DNA of 64,000 bases from Candidatus Dormiibacterota bacterium. GTDB lineage: Bacteria; Chloroflexota; Dormibacteria; Aeolococcales; Aeolococcaceae. The notes under the pieces are model-generated. The model did not search any database, had not been told where the DNA came from, and saw only the letters and a list, made by a program, of their open reading frames with translations. Shown here piece by piece: positions 20,701 to 30,913 of this stretch. The stretch spans positions 34,236-98,235 of the forward strand of contig DASZGL010000095.1 of assembly GCA_035938875.1 (NCBI GenBank), in the 5' to 3' direction. Numbering within the stretch: position 1 is the first letter of the stretch; the number at the start of each line of letters is the position of its first letter. The position numbers were made by a program, and so were the translations under genes.

Positions 20701-21995
20701 CGCGACACCTCTTCCAGGGCGGCCTCGAGGATGTCGAGACCGGCACCGAGCTCGGATTCCTCGATGGTGAGAGGTGGCAGCAACCGGATGACGTTGTCAT
20801 CGGTGCCACAGCTCAGAACCAGGAGGTCACGTCGCAGCGCGGCAGCTCGCAGAGCGGTGACGACCTCGGACGCCGGGCTGCCGTCACCGTGCATGAACTC
20901 GAGCCCCACCATGAGGCCGAGACCGCGTACGTCCACCAGCGGCGACGACCATGCCGCCCACTGGCGGGCGCGGTCGAGGACCACCTCCCCGAGCCGAGCC
21001 GAGCGCTCGGCAAGCCGCTCCCGTTGCAGCGTTTCGATGACCGCCACCGCTGCGGCGCATGACACCGGGTTGCCGCCGAAAGTGGTGCCGTGGTCGCCGG
21101 GCTGCCACGCCGCCATGAGCTCGCGCGAGGCGACGATCCCGGCGATGGGCAGACCGTTGGCCATGGCCTTGGCGACGCAGAGGATGTCCGGGACGGTCGC
21201 GGTGTGCTCGGTGGCGAAATTGCGTCCCGTGCGCCCGAACCCGGTCTGCACCTCGTCAGCGACCAGCAGGATTCCGTGCGCGTCGCAGATTCGCCGCAGA
21301 GATGGCAGAAACTCCATGGGAGGCACCACGTAACCACCCTCGCCGAGCACCGGCTCGACGACGATCGCCGCCACCTGCCGGGGATCGACCCGGGTGGCGA
21401 AGAGCCGCTCGAGATCCTCACCGGCGCTGCGGCAGCAGCCCGCGGCGCCGGCGCGTGGACACCTGGCGCAGTAGGGATACTCGACGTGGTGCACTCCCGG
21501 AAGCAGTGGGCCGACGCCAGACCGGTAGGCCTGCTTGCTCGCAGTGAGCGTCAGCGCGCCGTAGGTGCGCCCGTGGAATGCGCCGACGAAGCCGATGATC
21601 TCGCTGCGGCCGGTGGCCTTGCGGGCCAGCTTGATCGACGCCTCCACCGCCTCGGCGCCGCTGTTGCAGAGGAACACCTGGTCCAGGCCTCTGGGCGCGA
21701 TGCTGATGAGCGCCTCGGCGGCGCTGACCGCGACTGGGTGCATCGCTGTGACCGACGTGTGCCAGAGCCGGTCGACCTGCGCGTGCACCGCGGCCATCAA
21801 CGCAGGATGGTTGTGGCCGAGGTTGGTCACTCCGATGCCGCAGGTGAAATCGAGGACAGCGCGGCCGTCGACGGTGTGCAGCCGGGCACCCTCGGCGCGC
21901 TCGACAACGAGGTCGGAGTAGCGCGCATAGCAGGGAGCGAGCAGCTCGGCGGTGCGGCGGCGCCAGGAGGCGGCGCCGTCGACGGACACTGTCAT
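20697..21995 (-). CDS. Class-III (omega) aminotransferase, PLP-dependent (GabT-like)
   Basis: The start is set at ATG 21995 (MTVSVDG), preceded by a GAGGTGAGGAG Shine-Dalgarno. The track ORF 20697..23021 carries a 340-aa spurious N-terminal extension. Confidence 0.88.
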   Translation of the reverse strand: MTVSVDGAASWRRRTAELLAPCYARYSDLVVERAEGARLHTVDGRAVLDFTCGIGVTNLGHNHPALMAAVHAQVDRLWHTSVTAMHPVAVSAAEALISIAPRGLDQVFLCNSGAEAVEASIKLARKATGRSEIIGFVGAFHGRTYGALTLTASKQAYRSGVGPLLPGVHHVEYPYCARCPRAGAAGCCRSAGEDLERLFATRVDPRQVAAIVVEPVLGEGGYVVPPMEFLPSLRRICDAHGILLVADEVQTGFGRTGRNFATEHTATVPDILCVAKAMANGLPIAGIVASRELMAAWQPGDHGTTFGGNPVSCAAAVAVIETLQRERLAERSARLGEVVLDRARQWAAWSSPLVDVRGLGLMVGLEFMHGDGSPASEVVTALRAAALRRDLLVLSCGTDDNVIRLLPPLTIEESELGAGLDILEAALEEVSR

Positions 21996-22741
21996 CTCCT
22001 CACCTCGGCCGGAGGGTCGGCCCTTACCAGGGTACGCGTTCCTCGTTGGGCGTGCCCGACGCGGCCGAGTGCCAAAAAGCCGGCGAACATCACCGCTATC
22101 CCCACCGCCTCGTACGCGCCCAGGGTCGACAGCGTGGAGCCGACCGTCTTCGCCGCGCTGAAGCCGGCGGCGATGATCACCGCTCCGGTGGTGAGCAGGA
22201 CGTTGCAGATCACCCGGTCGAGACCGGAGCGGTCGCGCGCGTAGCGCCAAGCAGACCAGGCTGACCCGCCGACCAGCACCGCCGAGCCGACGACGTTGAG
22301 GACGACCACGGCGATGTGAAGCAGGCTGTAACGGTCGATGGCGCCGCCGAGGATGCCTTCCGGCGTGGAGAGGCTCGCGGTGTCGACGGGGACGATCGCG
22401 GCATCCACGGCGAGCCCGAAGGTGACCGCGAGGAGGACGCCGAGGCTGATGGTCGCGACCCGTCGCGGCGCCAGGAGGAACAGCGTTCCCTGGGCGAGGT
22501 AGACGACGCCGAGGGCGCCGCCGAGGAGGTAGAAGGCACGGAACAGCGCCGGACCGAAGCCGCTCCGCTCCCCTGCTGCCTGGGTGGCGGCGGCGGCGCT
22601 GAAGATGAGCAGGCCGGCCGCCCATGCGGCGAAGGCCGGGCGCCGGCTGCGCCACCAGCGCAGGGCCACCACAAGCCCGAAGACGAAGCTGAGCAAGGAG
22701 GCAAGAGCGGAGAGGGTGAACGTGGCAGAGCCCCCAAACAC
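21992..22741 (-). CDS. Hypothetical polytopic membrane protein (7-8 TM)
   Basis: 249 aa and highly hydrophobic. ATGA overlap with the aminotransferase start implies co-translation with the catabolic genes. Confidence 0.55.
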   Translation of the reverse strand: MFGGSATFTLSALASLLSFVFGLVVALRWWRSRRPAFAAWAAGLLIFSAAAATQAAGERSGFGPALFRAFYLLGGALGVVYLAQGTLFLLAPRRVATISLGVLLAVTFGLAVDAAIVPVDTASLSTPEGILGGAIDRYSLLHIAVVVLNVVGSAVLVGGSAWSAWRYARDRSGLDRVICNVLLTTGAVIIAAGFSAAKTVGSTLSTLGAYEAVGIAVMFAGFLALGRVGHAQRGTRTLVRADPPAEVRR

Positions 22742-22987
22742 GTCTGGTCGACAGAGCGACCGCCGGGCATTCGATGCTACTTGGCGGGCTGACCGTCTGT
22801 TCGATCGGCGCTGCTGGCAGTCCGGAAAGTGGGCAATTTGCAGAAATCACCCACTGGGTCGATTGACAATGGCCGTCGCTGCGAGTAGACAAGGGACCGC
22901 AGCGGGCGGATCGGATGTTCGCCCACGGGCCCCGAGCGCGTACCCGGCTGCGCCCGGGGGGGAGGACACCGGTCACCAGGAGATCAG

Positions 22988-24304
22988 ATGGAACATACGC
23001 GGGCACAACGGTTGATCCCACTCTTCAGTGCGCTGTCGCTGGCGGCTCTGGCCGCTTGCGGCACGTCCAACAACAGCAGCAGCGGGGGGAGTAGCAGCGG
23101 TGGCGGTACTGACCTCTCCGGCTGCAGCGGGGCGGTGACGGTCGCCAGCGACCTGCCGACCAGCGGCGGCGATGCCGCGATCGGCGGCGGCACCGAGAAG
23201 GGTGTCAAGCTGGCGGTCGACCAGGCCAACAGCAGCAAGCTCCTCGGCGGCTGCACCATCACCTACGTCGCCAAGGACGATGCCTCGGTCGCCAAGGGCA
23301 AGCACGACCCCGACCAGGGCGCCCGCAACATGACCGAGCTGGCCAACAACGCTGCTGTGGTCGGCGTCGTCGGGCCCTTCAACTCGGGCGTCGCGGTTCG
23401 CGAGATGCCCATCTCGAGCGCGGCGGGACTGGTCCAGATCAGCCCGTCCAACACCGACCCGGGGCTGACGATCGTCGCCAGCGACCCTGATATCGACACC
23501 GCGTCGTTGCACAAGGACCCCACCGGCAGGATCGACTACTTCCGGATCATCTCCAACGACGTCGTGCAGGCACAGATCATGGCCAACTACTCGGTCAAGA
23601 CCCTGGGCCTGAAGAAGATCTACGACATCAGCGACAACGAGACCTACGGCAAGGACCTCTCCAACTACTACGACAAGGACATCGCCGCCCTCGGCGCCAC
23701 GATCATCAAGCGCGACGATACCTCCACCTTCGACCGCGAGAAGTTCAAGTCACTGCTCACCGGTGTCCAGAGCCAGAGCCCTGACGGCGTCTTCTACGGC
23801 GGCGTGGCATCGAACGGCTCGGGCGTGCTCAAGCTGGCGATGCAGGACGTCGGTCTCAACGCGTACTTCCTCAGCGGTGACGGCACCGTCGACCCGCAGT
23901 ACTTCAAGGATGCGGGTGCCGCGGGAAGCACCAAGGCTTTCGCATCGAGCGCCCCTGACGCAACCAACCTGCCCAGCGCGGGCAAGTTCAACACCGATTA
24001 CAAGGCAGCCTACAACTCGGACCCGGTTGCCTACTCCGCATACGGCTACGACTGCATGAACATCCTGCTCGCAGCCGTCAAGAATGTGCTGCTCGCCAAC
24101 GGCGGCAAGATCCCCGCGGATCCGGCCTCCTTCCGCAGCAAGGTGGCTGCGGCCGTGGCAGCGACCGATTACAACGGAGCCATCGGCCACACCAAGTTCG
24201 ACACCTTGGGTGACACCCTGAACCACTCCTTCTCGATCTACGCGCCCGGCACGGGATCGGATGGCAAGCCCGCATGGGTGGGCAAGGAGACAGTCAGCGG
24301 CTGA
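22988..24304 (+). CDS. ABC transporter substrate-binding lipoprotein, branched-chain amino acid (Leu/Ile/Val) family
   Basis: 438 aa with a signal peptide and lipobox (LAALAACG) and a Ser/Gly linker. The periplasmic-binding fold is LivK-like. CAGGAGATCAG Shine-Dalgarno. Confidence 0.85.
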   Translation: MEHTRAQRLIPLFSALSLAALAACGTSNNSSSGGSSSGGGTDLSGCSGAVTVASDLPTSGGDAAIGGGTEKGVKLAVDQANSSKLLGGCTITYVAKDDASVAKGKHDPDQGARNMTELANNAAVVGVVGPFNSGVAVREMPISSAAGLVQISPSNTDPGLTIVASDPDIDTASLHKDPTGRIDYFRIISNDVVQAQIMANYSVKTLGLKKIYDISDNETYGKDLSNYYDKDIAALGATIIKRDDTSTFDREKFKSLLTGVQSQSPDGVFYGGVASNGSGVLKLAMQDVGLNAYFLSGDGTVDPQYFKDAGAAGSTKAFASSAPDATNLPSAGKFNTDYKAAYNSDPVAYSAYGYDCMNILLAAVKNVLLANGGKIPADPASFRSKVAAAVAATDYNGAIGHTKFDTLGDTLNHSFSIYAPGTGSDGKPAWVGKETVSG

Positions 24305-24317
24305 TCCTGACCCAGCA

Positions 24318-24347
24318 GGGGGGAGCCACACGGCTCCCCCCTTTCTC
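24318..24347 (+). terminator. Intrinsic terminator after the SBP gene (within the Liv operon)
   Basis: GGGGGGAGCC-ACAC-GGCTCCCCCC forms a perfect 10-bp GC stem, followed by TTTCT. It lies 14 nt after the stop at 24304. Confidence 0.7.
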
Positions 24348-24399
24348 GATTAGAGGCGAGGATTCGCTCGTGGACCCCCGGCGCTGAGAGGAGATCTGC

Positions 24400-25503
24400 G
24401 TGCCGAGCGTTGACACAGCCGCGGTCGCCACTCGGGTGCGGCGAGCGCCAACCACGTACTCGCGGATCCGCTATGCCAACAACCTGGCGAGCCAGGCCTT
24501 CCCCGCGGTTCTGATCGGGGTGCTGATCCTGATGGTCGTCATCGTCGCCATCCAGGACGGCACCACCACGGCGGTCTCCGAGCTGCGCAACGGGCTGACC
24601 ATCGGCGCCATCTACGCGCTCATCGCCGTGGGCTACACCATGGTCTACGGCATCATCGAGCTGATCAACTTCGCTCACGGCGACGTGTTCACCCTGAGCG
24701 CCTTCTACGCGATCCTATTCACCCGGCTGCTCGACCGTATGGGCTTCAGCCTGGACGACCTGGCGACGTTGCACGGTGTCCCCGGCTTCGTCGCCACCAT
24801 GGTGATTCTTCTGCCCGCGACCATGCTCGCCGCGGGCATCACGGGGATGCTCATCGAGCGCATCGCCTATCGACGCCTGCGCAACTCGCCGCGGTTGGCC
24901 CCGCTGATCACCGCCATCGGAGTGTCCTTTCTCATCGAGGGCGTCATGTTCGCCGACTTCGGCAGCGCCAACGTGCGCACCGGCAAGGAGAACTGGATCC
25001 GCGGCAATGCCTTCACCATCGGTGGGGTAACCGTGAGCTGGAAGGACGTCTTCGTTGTCGCCGCGGCACTTGGTCTCATGTTCGCCCTGCAGGCATTTGT
25101 CCGCTACACACGACTGGGCAAGGCGATGCGTGCCACAGCCCAGGACCGCGACGCGGCGCTGCTCAGCGGCATCAACATCAACCGCACCATCGCCGCCACC
25201 TTCTTCATCGGCTCAGCGCTGGCCGCCGCCGGAGCGATCATCTTCAGCATCAAGGACGACATCGTCGTCTGGAACCTGGGCTTCCGCTTCGGCATCATCG
25301 CCTTCACCTGCGCGGTTCTGGGCGGCATCGGCAACATCGTCGGTGCTGGGATGGGCGGATTCCTGGTTGGTGTCATCGCTGTCTTCGGCGCACAGCTGGT
25401 GGGTTCGGCCTGGGACAACTCGATAATCTTCGCCATGCTGATCATCGTGCTCACCTTCCGTCCGGTCGGCCTGCTCGGCATGCGGGTGGCTGATCGTGCC
25501 TGA
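24400..25503 (+). CDS. livH: Branched-chain amino acid ABC transporter permease (LivH-like)
   Basis: 367 aa with about 8 TM helices, a GTG start after a GAGGAG Shine-Dalgarno, and the LivH family pattern. Confidence 0.85.
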   Translation: MPSVDTAAVATRVRRAPTTYSRIRYANNLASQAFPAVLIGVLILMVVIVAIQDGTTTAVSELRNGLTIGAIYALIAVGYTMVYGIIELINFAHGDVFTLSAFYAILFTRLLDRMGFSLDDLATLHGVPGFVATMVILLPATMLAAGITGMLIERIAYRRLRNSPRLAPLITAIGVSFLIEGVMFADFGSANVRTGKENWIRGNAFTIGGVTVSWKDVFVVAAALGLMFALQAFVRYTRLGKAMRATAQDRDAALLSGININRTIAATFFIGSALAAAGAIIFSIKDDIVVWNLGFRFGIIAFTCAVLGGIGNIVGAGMGGFLVGVIAVFGAQLVGSAWDNSIIFAMLIIVLTFRPVGLLGMRVADRA

Positions 25504-27145
25504 GCCGATCGCCGCCACCGCAGCCCAGCTCGCTTCTGACGTCGCCCTGCCGGCGACCAAGAGGGCCACCGAGCGCGAGGAGTCACGGGGGACGTTCTGG
25601 GCCCTTGTCACCGGCGGACTACTGTTCGTCGTCGCCGGCTGGTTCCTCCCCTGGTTCGTCGAGGTGACCGCCAATGGCGTCGGTTTCAGCCCGCAGGACG
25701 TGGTCAGCTCTTCTCCGACCGGCATCGGGACCGTGTTCGTCTACCTCATAGGCGTCGCCATGGTGGCGCTGCTCGTCGGCGCGGTCTATGACCTGGTCTG
25801 CCTGCGCCTTCATCGGGGGGAACCGTTCCGCTACAGCCGGGCGCGAGCCGCGCTGGCGGCGGCAGGCGCGGTGTCCACCGTCGTCGTCTGGTACCTCATC
25901 GGCGTACAGCGCGAGGAGCCGCTCTTCGGCAACATCTCCAGCTTCGCGCTCACCGACAACGCGGTGTGGATGGAGCTCACCGGGATGACCATCCTGGCCA
26001 TCGTGTACGGCGTGCGCGAATGGATCGTCGCCCATGCAGCCCTTGCCTTCGGCGGGGTGATCTTCATCATCGGCGCCCTGTTCCCCTTCATCTTCAACGC
26101 GTCGATCGGTTTCATCAGCTGGGGAGCGAGTGCCGCCGCGATCTACGTGCTGCTCGGCCTGGGACTCAATGTGGTGGTCGGCTTCGCCGGCCTCCTCGAC
26201 CTCGGATACGCAGCCTTCTTCGCCATCGGTGCCTACACCGCGGGGTCGATGGCATCACCGCGACATGGACTCTATCTGCCGTTCTGGGTCATCCTCTTCC
26301 TCGGCGCGGCCGTGGCAGCGCTGTTCGGTGCAATTCTCGGAGCACCGACACTCCGGCTTCGCGGCGACTACCTGGCAATTGTCACCCTGGGATTCGGCGA
26401 GATCATCCCCGACATGGCCACCAACAACCTATTCGGCCAGACCGGCGGCCCCGAGGGGATCACCGGTGTGTCGCACCCCGCCGTGCCCGGCATCACCGAT
26501 CTTCACGGCAACCACGTGTCGCTTCTCGGACACGACCTGTTCGGCTACGACTTCGAAATCAACCCCAAAGCGTACTTCTGGTTATTACTCATCGTTATCG
26601 TGGCCGTTGTTTTCCTGCTGCGCAACCTCGAGCGATCGCGTGTCGGCCGCGCGTGGGCGGCCATCCGCGAGGACGAGGTTGCCGCGGCGGCCACCGGGAT
26701 CAATACCGTGCGAAGCAAACTTCTCGCCTTCGCCATCGGCGCGTCGGTGAGCGGCTTCGCCGGCGCCATCTACGGCGCGCAGTTCGGTGGTGTGACCCCG
26801 GATGAGTTCGAGTTCGCCGTGTCCATCACCGTGCTCACCGTGGTTGTCCTCGGCGGCATCGGCAACAGCACGGGTGTTGCGGTCGGCGCCATCCTGCTCA
26901 GCTTCATCATCTTCTGGGCGCTGCCGCACATGCAGGAATGGACGACGACATTCGGCCACACCACGGGCATCACCACGCTCTCGACGATCGACTACAACAA
27001 GTTTCAATACGTCGTCTACGGGGTGATCCTGATCAGCATCATGTTGGCTCGACCAGCAGGTCTGTTACCCAGCCGGGCACGCAAGGTCGAGCTGCAGTCC
27101 GGCACCGAGTCGGAGGCCTTGGCCTCGGTCCGGGGAACGGTGTGA
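25496..27145 (+). CDS. livM: Branched-chain amino acid ABC transporter permease (LivM-like) with an extended N-terminal TM domain
   Basis: 549 aa. Its start overlaps the livH stop. Confidence 0.85.
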   Translation: MPEPIAATAAQLASDVALPATKRATEREESRGTFWALVTGGLLFVVAGWFLPWFVEVTANGVGFSPQDVVSSSPTGIGTVFVYLIGVAMVALLVGAVYDLVCLRLHRGEPFRYSRARAALAAAGAVSTVVVWYLIGVQREEPLFGNISSFALTDNAVWMELTGMTILAIVYGVREWIVAHAALAFGGVIFIIGALFPFIFNASIGFISWGASAAAIYVLLGLGLNVVVGFAGLLDLGYAAFFAIGAYTAGSMASPRHGLYLPFWVILFLGAAVAALFGAILGAPTLRLRGDYLAIVTLGFGEIIPDMATNNLFGQTGGPEGITGVSHPAVPGITDLHGNHVSLLGHDLFGYDFEINPKAYFWLLLIVIVAVVFLLRNLERSRVGRAWAAIREDEVAAAATGINTVRSKLLAFAIGASVSGFAGAIYGAQFGGVTPDEFEFAVSITVLTVVVLGGIGNSTGVAVGAILLSFIIFWALPHMQEWTTTFGHTTGITTLSTIDYNKFQYVVYGVILISIMLARPAGLLPSRARKVELQSGTESEALASVRGTV

Positions 27146-27927
27146 GCGCACTACTCGAGATCGATCACATGGTCAAGCGCTTCGGCGGGCTGCTCGCCGT
27201 CAACGACGTCACCTTCAATGTCGAGGAGGGCGCGATCATCTCCATGATCGGGCCCAACGGCGCCGGCAAGACCACTGCGTTCAACTGCATCACCGGTCTC
27301 TACCCGGTGTCTGATGGGGACATCCGCTTTCGCGGCCAGAGCATCGTCGACCTGCCGCCACATCGCGTTGCCCGTTTGGGAATCACCCGCACCTTTCAGA
27401 ACATCCGCTTGTTCTCGTTCATGACCGCGATCGACAACGTGATGGTCGGTGAGCATTGCCGCATGCACACCGGGTTCTGGGGTTCGCTGGTCAAGACCCG
27501 CGGAGCGCGCCGTGAAGAGCGCGACGTCGAGGCGCGAGCGCTGGCCAGCATGCGACGCCTGGGGCTCGACGCCTACGCCGACACGTACGCACGCAACCTC
27601 CCGTATGGCCTGCAGCGCCGCCTCGAAATCGCCCGCGCCCTGGCCAGCGGCCCGAGCCTTCTGCTCCTCGACGAACCGGCGGCGGGCCTCAACCCCAACG
27701 AGAAGAGCGAGCTGATGGGTGTCATCTCACGGCTGCGCGATGAGGGACTGACCATCTTCCTCATCGAGCACGACATGCGCGTGGTCATGCAGATCAGCGA
27801 CCGCATCGTCGTCCTCGACCATGGCGAGAAGATCGCCGAGGGGCTGCCCACCGAGGTGCGCAACGACCCCCAGGTGATCGAGGCCTACCTGGGCAGCGGC
27901 GCCGCCGCGGCGATGCGTACGGCATGA
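27142..27927 (+). CDS. livG: ABC transporter ATP-binding protein (LivG-like)
   Basis: Start at the in-frame GTG 27142 (GTGA overlap). It has Walker A (GPNGAGKTT), the LSGG-like signature and a Walker B. Confidence 0.88.
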   Translation: MSALLEIDHMVKRFGGLLAVNDVTFNVEEGAIISMIGPNGAGKTTAFNCITGLYPVSDGDIRFRGQSIVDLPPHRVARLGITRTFQNIRLFSFMTAIDNVMVGEHCRMHTGFWGSLVKTRGARREERDVEARALASMRRLGLDAYADTYARNLPYGLQRRLEIARALASGPSLLLLDEPAAGLNPNEKSELMGVISRLRDEGLTIFLIEHDMRVVMQISDRIVVLDHGEKIAEGLPTEVRNDPQVIEAYLGSGAAAAMRTA

Positions 27928-28697
27928 GCGACGCGGCTGCTCCGGCACCCACGCCGCCGCCATCGCCCCGTCTGATGGTGGGGGTGCGGCCGCGCCTGGA
28001 GCTGCGCAATGTCGACGTCCTCTACGGCCGTGTCCAAGCGCTGCGCGACATCTCGCTGCACGTCGACGAGGGCGAGATCGTCGCCCTGATTGGCAGCAAC
28101 GGCGCCGGCAAGACGACCACGCTGCGCACCATAAGCGGCCTGGTGCGACCGGCGCGGGGTGAAGTCTTCCTCGACGGTGAGCCGATCCACGAGCTGGGCG
28201 CCGAGCTGATCGCCCGTCGCGGCGTCGGCCACGCTCCCGAGGGGCGCCGGCTCTTCGCCCGCATGACCGTGCGCGAGAACCTGGAGATGGGGGCGTTCTC
28301 ACGCAGCGACACCGCGGCGATGCGCGAAGACTTCGACCGCGTGTACACGCTGTTTCCCCGGCTGCTGGAGCGCACCTCGCAGCTCGCCGGCAGCCTCAGC
28401 GGTGGTGAGCAGCAGATGGTCGCCATCGGCCGCGCCTTGATGGCCAGGCCACGGGTGCTGCTCCTCGACGAGCCTTCCCTGGGCCTGGCGCCAGTGCTCG
28501 TCGACGCCATCTTCGAGGTCATCCGCGACGTCAACCGGACGGGGACAACCATCCTGCTCATCGAGCAGAACGCGCTGCTCGCACTGCGTACCGCCGCACG
28601 AGGGTACGTGCTCGAAACCGGGAGCATCGCCCTCTCGGGGCCGGCCACCGAGCTGCTCGAGTCGCCCGACGTGCAGCGAGCCTACCTGGGGATGTAG
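27924..28697 (+). CDS. livF: ABC transporter ATP-binding protein (LivF-like)
   Basis: 257 aa with Walker A (GSNGAGKTT), the LSGGEQQM signature and LLLDEPS. ATGA overlap with livG. Confidence 0.9.
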   Translation: MSDAAAPAPTPPPSPRLMVGVRPRLELRNVDVLYGRVQALRDISLHVDEGEIVALIGSNGAGKTTTLRTISGLVRPARGEVFLDGEPIHELGAELIARRGVGHAPEGRRLFARMTVRENLEMGAFSRSDTAAMREDFDRVYTLFPRLLERTSQLAGSLSGGEQQMVAIGRALMARPRVLLLDEPSLGLAPVLVDAIFEVIRDVNRTGTTILLIEQNALLALRTAARGYVLETGSIALSGPATELLESPDVQRAYLGM

Positions 28698-28720
28698 GCG
28701 AGGCTGATCGAGGCGCAGCG

Positions 28721-30466
28721 ATGGCCCCGCTGATCTGTGCGCCGCTGGCGCGACAATCGGCACCGCGGTGGCTGCGACGGCTCGCCCAGCCGGACCGCGA
28801 GTGGCAGATCCTGCGACGCGCCGACGACGGCGAGCGACCTGCACCGCTCGGCGCGGAGCTGGAGCGGCTCACCGGCCAAGTCGAGTCAGCGGGAACAGTG
28901 TGGATCGCCCGCGTGCTGGGACGCGACGAGGACCTCGCCCACCTGCGCGAGGCTGTCGCTGGGGTGACACCCGCAACGACCTGGACGGCCGAGCCGTCAC
29001 GCGGCTTGCGGCGCAGTCAGGCCGTCGTGCGCCTGGCGTCCGGCGACGCAGCGCGTTCGGTGCTGCTTCGCGGCGAGGGCGTCAGCGACTACACCGTGCT
29101 CATGCTTCTCGTCGCCGAGCTGGACGTCGCCGAAGTGATGACACTGCTGCGCGATGGCGAGGATGACGCGGCGTTCGCGATGGCACAGCTGACCCTCGCC
29201 TACCGCGCCGGCAGCCCGTGGGCGGCGGTGACCTCGCCACGCGGCGCGGTGATGCTTCCCGCATCGCTGGTGACCGTCGACTCCGTCGCAGCCAGGCCGC
29301 CGCGCATGGCGGTGTCGCCACCACCGAGGCAATTGGCGCTCATCGGCATCATCGCCGTGGCCGTCGTCACCGCCCTCGTCGTGGTCGCCTCCCGAGGATC
29401 GGCGCCGGGCGTGCGCCAGGGTGGCAGCGTTGCCCGCGCGACGACGGCGCCGACGACGGCGGCTCCCGCACGACCCGCACCACAGGCGCGCCAGCTCGCC
29501 GCCAGTGCCTACGACCCCGACGGCGATATCACCGTGGTCTTCGGCGGCATCGCCACCGGTGGCAGCGGCCGGGAGTTGGACGACACATGGATATGGAACG
29601 GCCGCACCTGGAGCCAGCAGAGCCCAAACGACGTCATCGGTTTTCGCACCGACGCACCGACAGCGAGGCATGGCGCGGTCATGGCATATGCACCCGGCGC
29701 GCACGGTCTCGTGCTCTTCGGCGGCACCGCTCGTGACCCGACCACCGCTCCGCTCAACGACACCTGGGTGTGGAATCGCACGAAGTGGACGCGCCTCGAC
29801 GTGGCCGGCCCCCCGTCCACAGCGGTCACCGTGGCGATGTCCTACGACCTCAGCGCCGGACAGCTCGTCCTGGTGACGGCGGACACGCAATCCGACCCCG
29901 AGCGGCTGCAGACCTGGACGTGGAACGCGGAGATCAGTCCAACACTGGTGCCCGGCGGTACGCGATGGACGCTGCATCCTGATGCGACGACGCCACAGAT
30001 CCACCTGATGGCGCCCGACCCACGCGGCGGTCACGTCATCGCAGTGGTCTCGACGCACAGCGGACCGGGCGAGGAGGCGACATGGCGGTGGGACGGAAAG
30101 CAATGGCTGGAGCAGCATCCGGCGTCGGCTGTCGTCGTTGAGTCGATAACGGCGACTTTCACCGACGACCTCGCCGACGGCACTGCGGTCCTCGTCGAGG
30201 AGCAGTTCGTCGACCAGACCGGCGAGGATCGCGGCGGCACGTGGACGTGGGACGGCACAACATGGGCGCACCACGCCGGTGAGGTGCCCAATATCGTGCA
30301 CGCGTTCGACGTCGCCCAACCGTTGTGGTATCCGCACGGCAATGGTCTCGACATCGTCGGTGGCCCCCGCCAGGGCGACACGTACAACGCGACGTGGCAC
30401 TGGGACGGCCTCGTCTGGAGCAGCGTCGGGACCCTGGCGGCAGCAGCGTATCCTGCGCCGCGATGA
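28721..30466 (+). CDS. Single-pass membrane protein: a ~215-aa cytoplasmic N-terminal domain of unknown function, one TM helix, then an extracytoplasmic Kelch-type beta-propeller (sensor or anti-sigma-like architecture)
   Basis: 581 aa with a TM helix at LALIGIIAVAVVTALVVVA. The C-terminal half has at least 6 repeats with DDTWIWNG / NDTWVWN / LQTWTWN / ATWRWDG / GTWTWDG / ATWHWDG signatures, typical of Kelch or galactose-oxidase blades. Confidence 0.6.
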   Translation: MAPLICAPLARQSAPRWLRRLAQPDREWQILRRADDGERPAPLGAELERLTGQVESAGTVWIARVLGRDEDLAHLREAVAGVTPATTWTAEPSRGLRRSQAVVRLASGDAARSVLLRGEGVSDYTVLMLLVAELDVAEVMTLLRDGEDDAAFAMAQLTLAYRAGSPWAAVTSPRGAVMLPASLVTVDSVAARPPRMAVSPPPRQLALIGIIAVAVVTALVVVASRGSAPGVRQGGSVARATTAPTTAAPARPAPQARQLAASAYDPDGDITVVFGGIATGGSGRELDDTWIWNGRTWSQQSPNDVIGFRTDAPTARHGAVMAYAPGAHGLVLFGGTARDPTTAPLNDTWVWNRTKWTRLDVAGPPSTAVTVAMSYDLSAGQLVLVTADTQSDPERLQTWTWNAEISPTLVPGGTRWTLHPDATTPQIHLMAPDPRGGHVIAVVSTHSGPGEEATWRWDGKQWLEQHPASAVVVESITATFTDDLADGTAVLVEEQFVDQTGEDRGGTWTWDGTTWAHHAGEVPNIVHAFDVAQPLWYPHGNGLDIVGGPRQGDTYNATWHWDGLVWSSVGTLAAAAYPAPR

Positions 30467-30885
30467 GCCGGCGGACCAGCGACACCACCACCACGGGCCG
30501 ATCCCGCACCACGACGCGCCGCACCACGTCGCAGGAACCGCGCGCCCCGCGCACCGCGTCTACGCATCAGCCTCGGCGGAGCGCTGCGCAGCCCGCCACT
30601 GAACCGCAGCGCGGGGGAATCGGCGGGCTGTTCCGGGGTGCAGGGAATGTGCTCGGCCAGGTGTCCGGCATGGACGCGCCGGCACGAGCCCTGGAACGCC
30701 TGGCTGCGTCGGCGGAGCACGCCGCAGACTTTCTCGATCGCCTCGACTCCGAGGTGGGGCTGGACCGTGCGGCGCGACTCGTCGACCGCCTCGATCACCT
30801 CGCCGACCTCGTCGAAGACATGCACAACTCACTGCTGGAGATCGAGGCGCGCGTCGTCGAGCTCGACCGCCGTGGCCGGCGATAG
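30463..30885 (+). CDS. Small hypothetical protein (140 aa): low-complexity basic N-terminus plus a C-terminal coiled-coil
   Basis: ATGA overlap with the Kelch-protein stop. The C-terminus, LDRLDSEVGLDRAARLVDRLDHLADLVEDMHNSLLEIEARVVELD, is heptad-like. Confidence 0.4.
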   Translation: MSRRTSDTTTTGRSRTTTRRTTSQEPRAPRTASTHQPRRSAAQPATEPQRGGIGGLFRGAGNVLGQVSGMDAPARALERLAASAEHAADFLDRLDSEVGLDRAARLVDRLDHLADLVEDMHNSLLEIEARVVELDRRGRR

Positions 30886-30913
30886 CCGTGATGCCCCGGT
30901 ATAGTCGTCGGCG

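Noticed and set aside
21996-23021. N-terminal 340 aa of track ORF 20697-23021 (-)
   Set aside because: The aminotransferase homology begins at MTVSVDG (ATG 21995), which has a strong Shine-Dalgarno. The upstream extension overlaps a separate membrane-protein gene and is Arg/Pro-rich.
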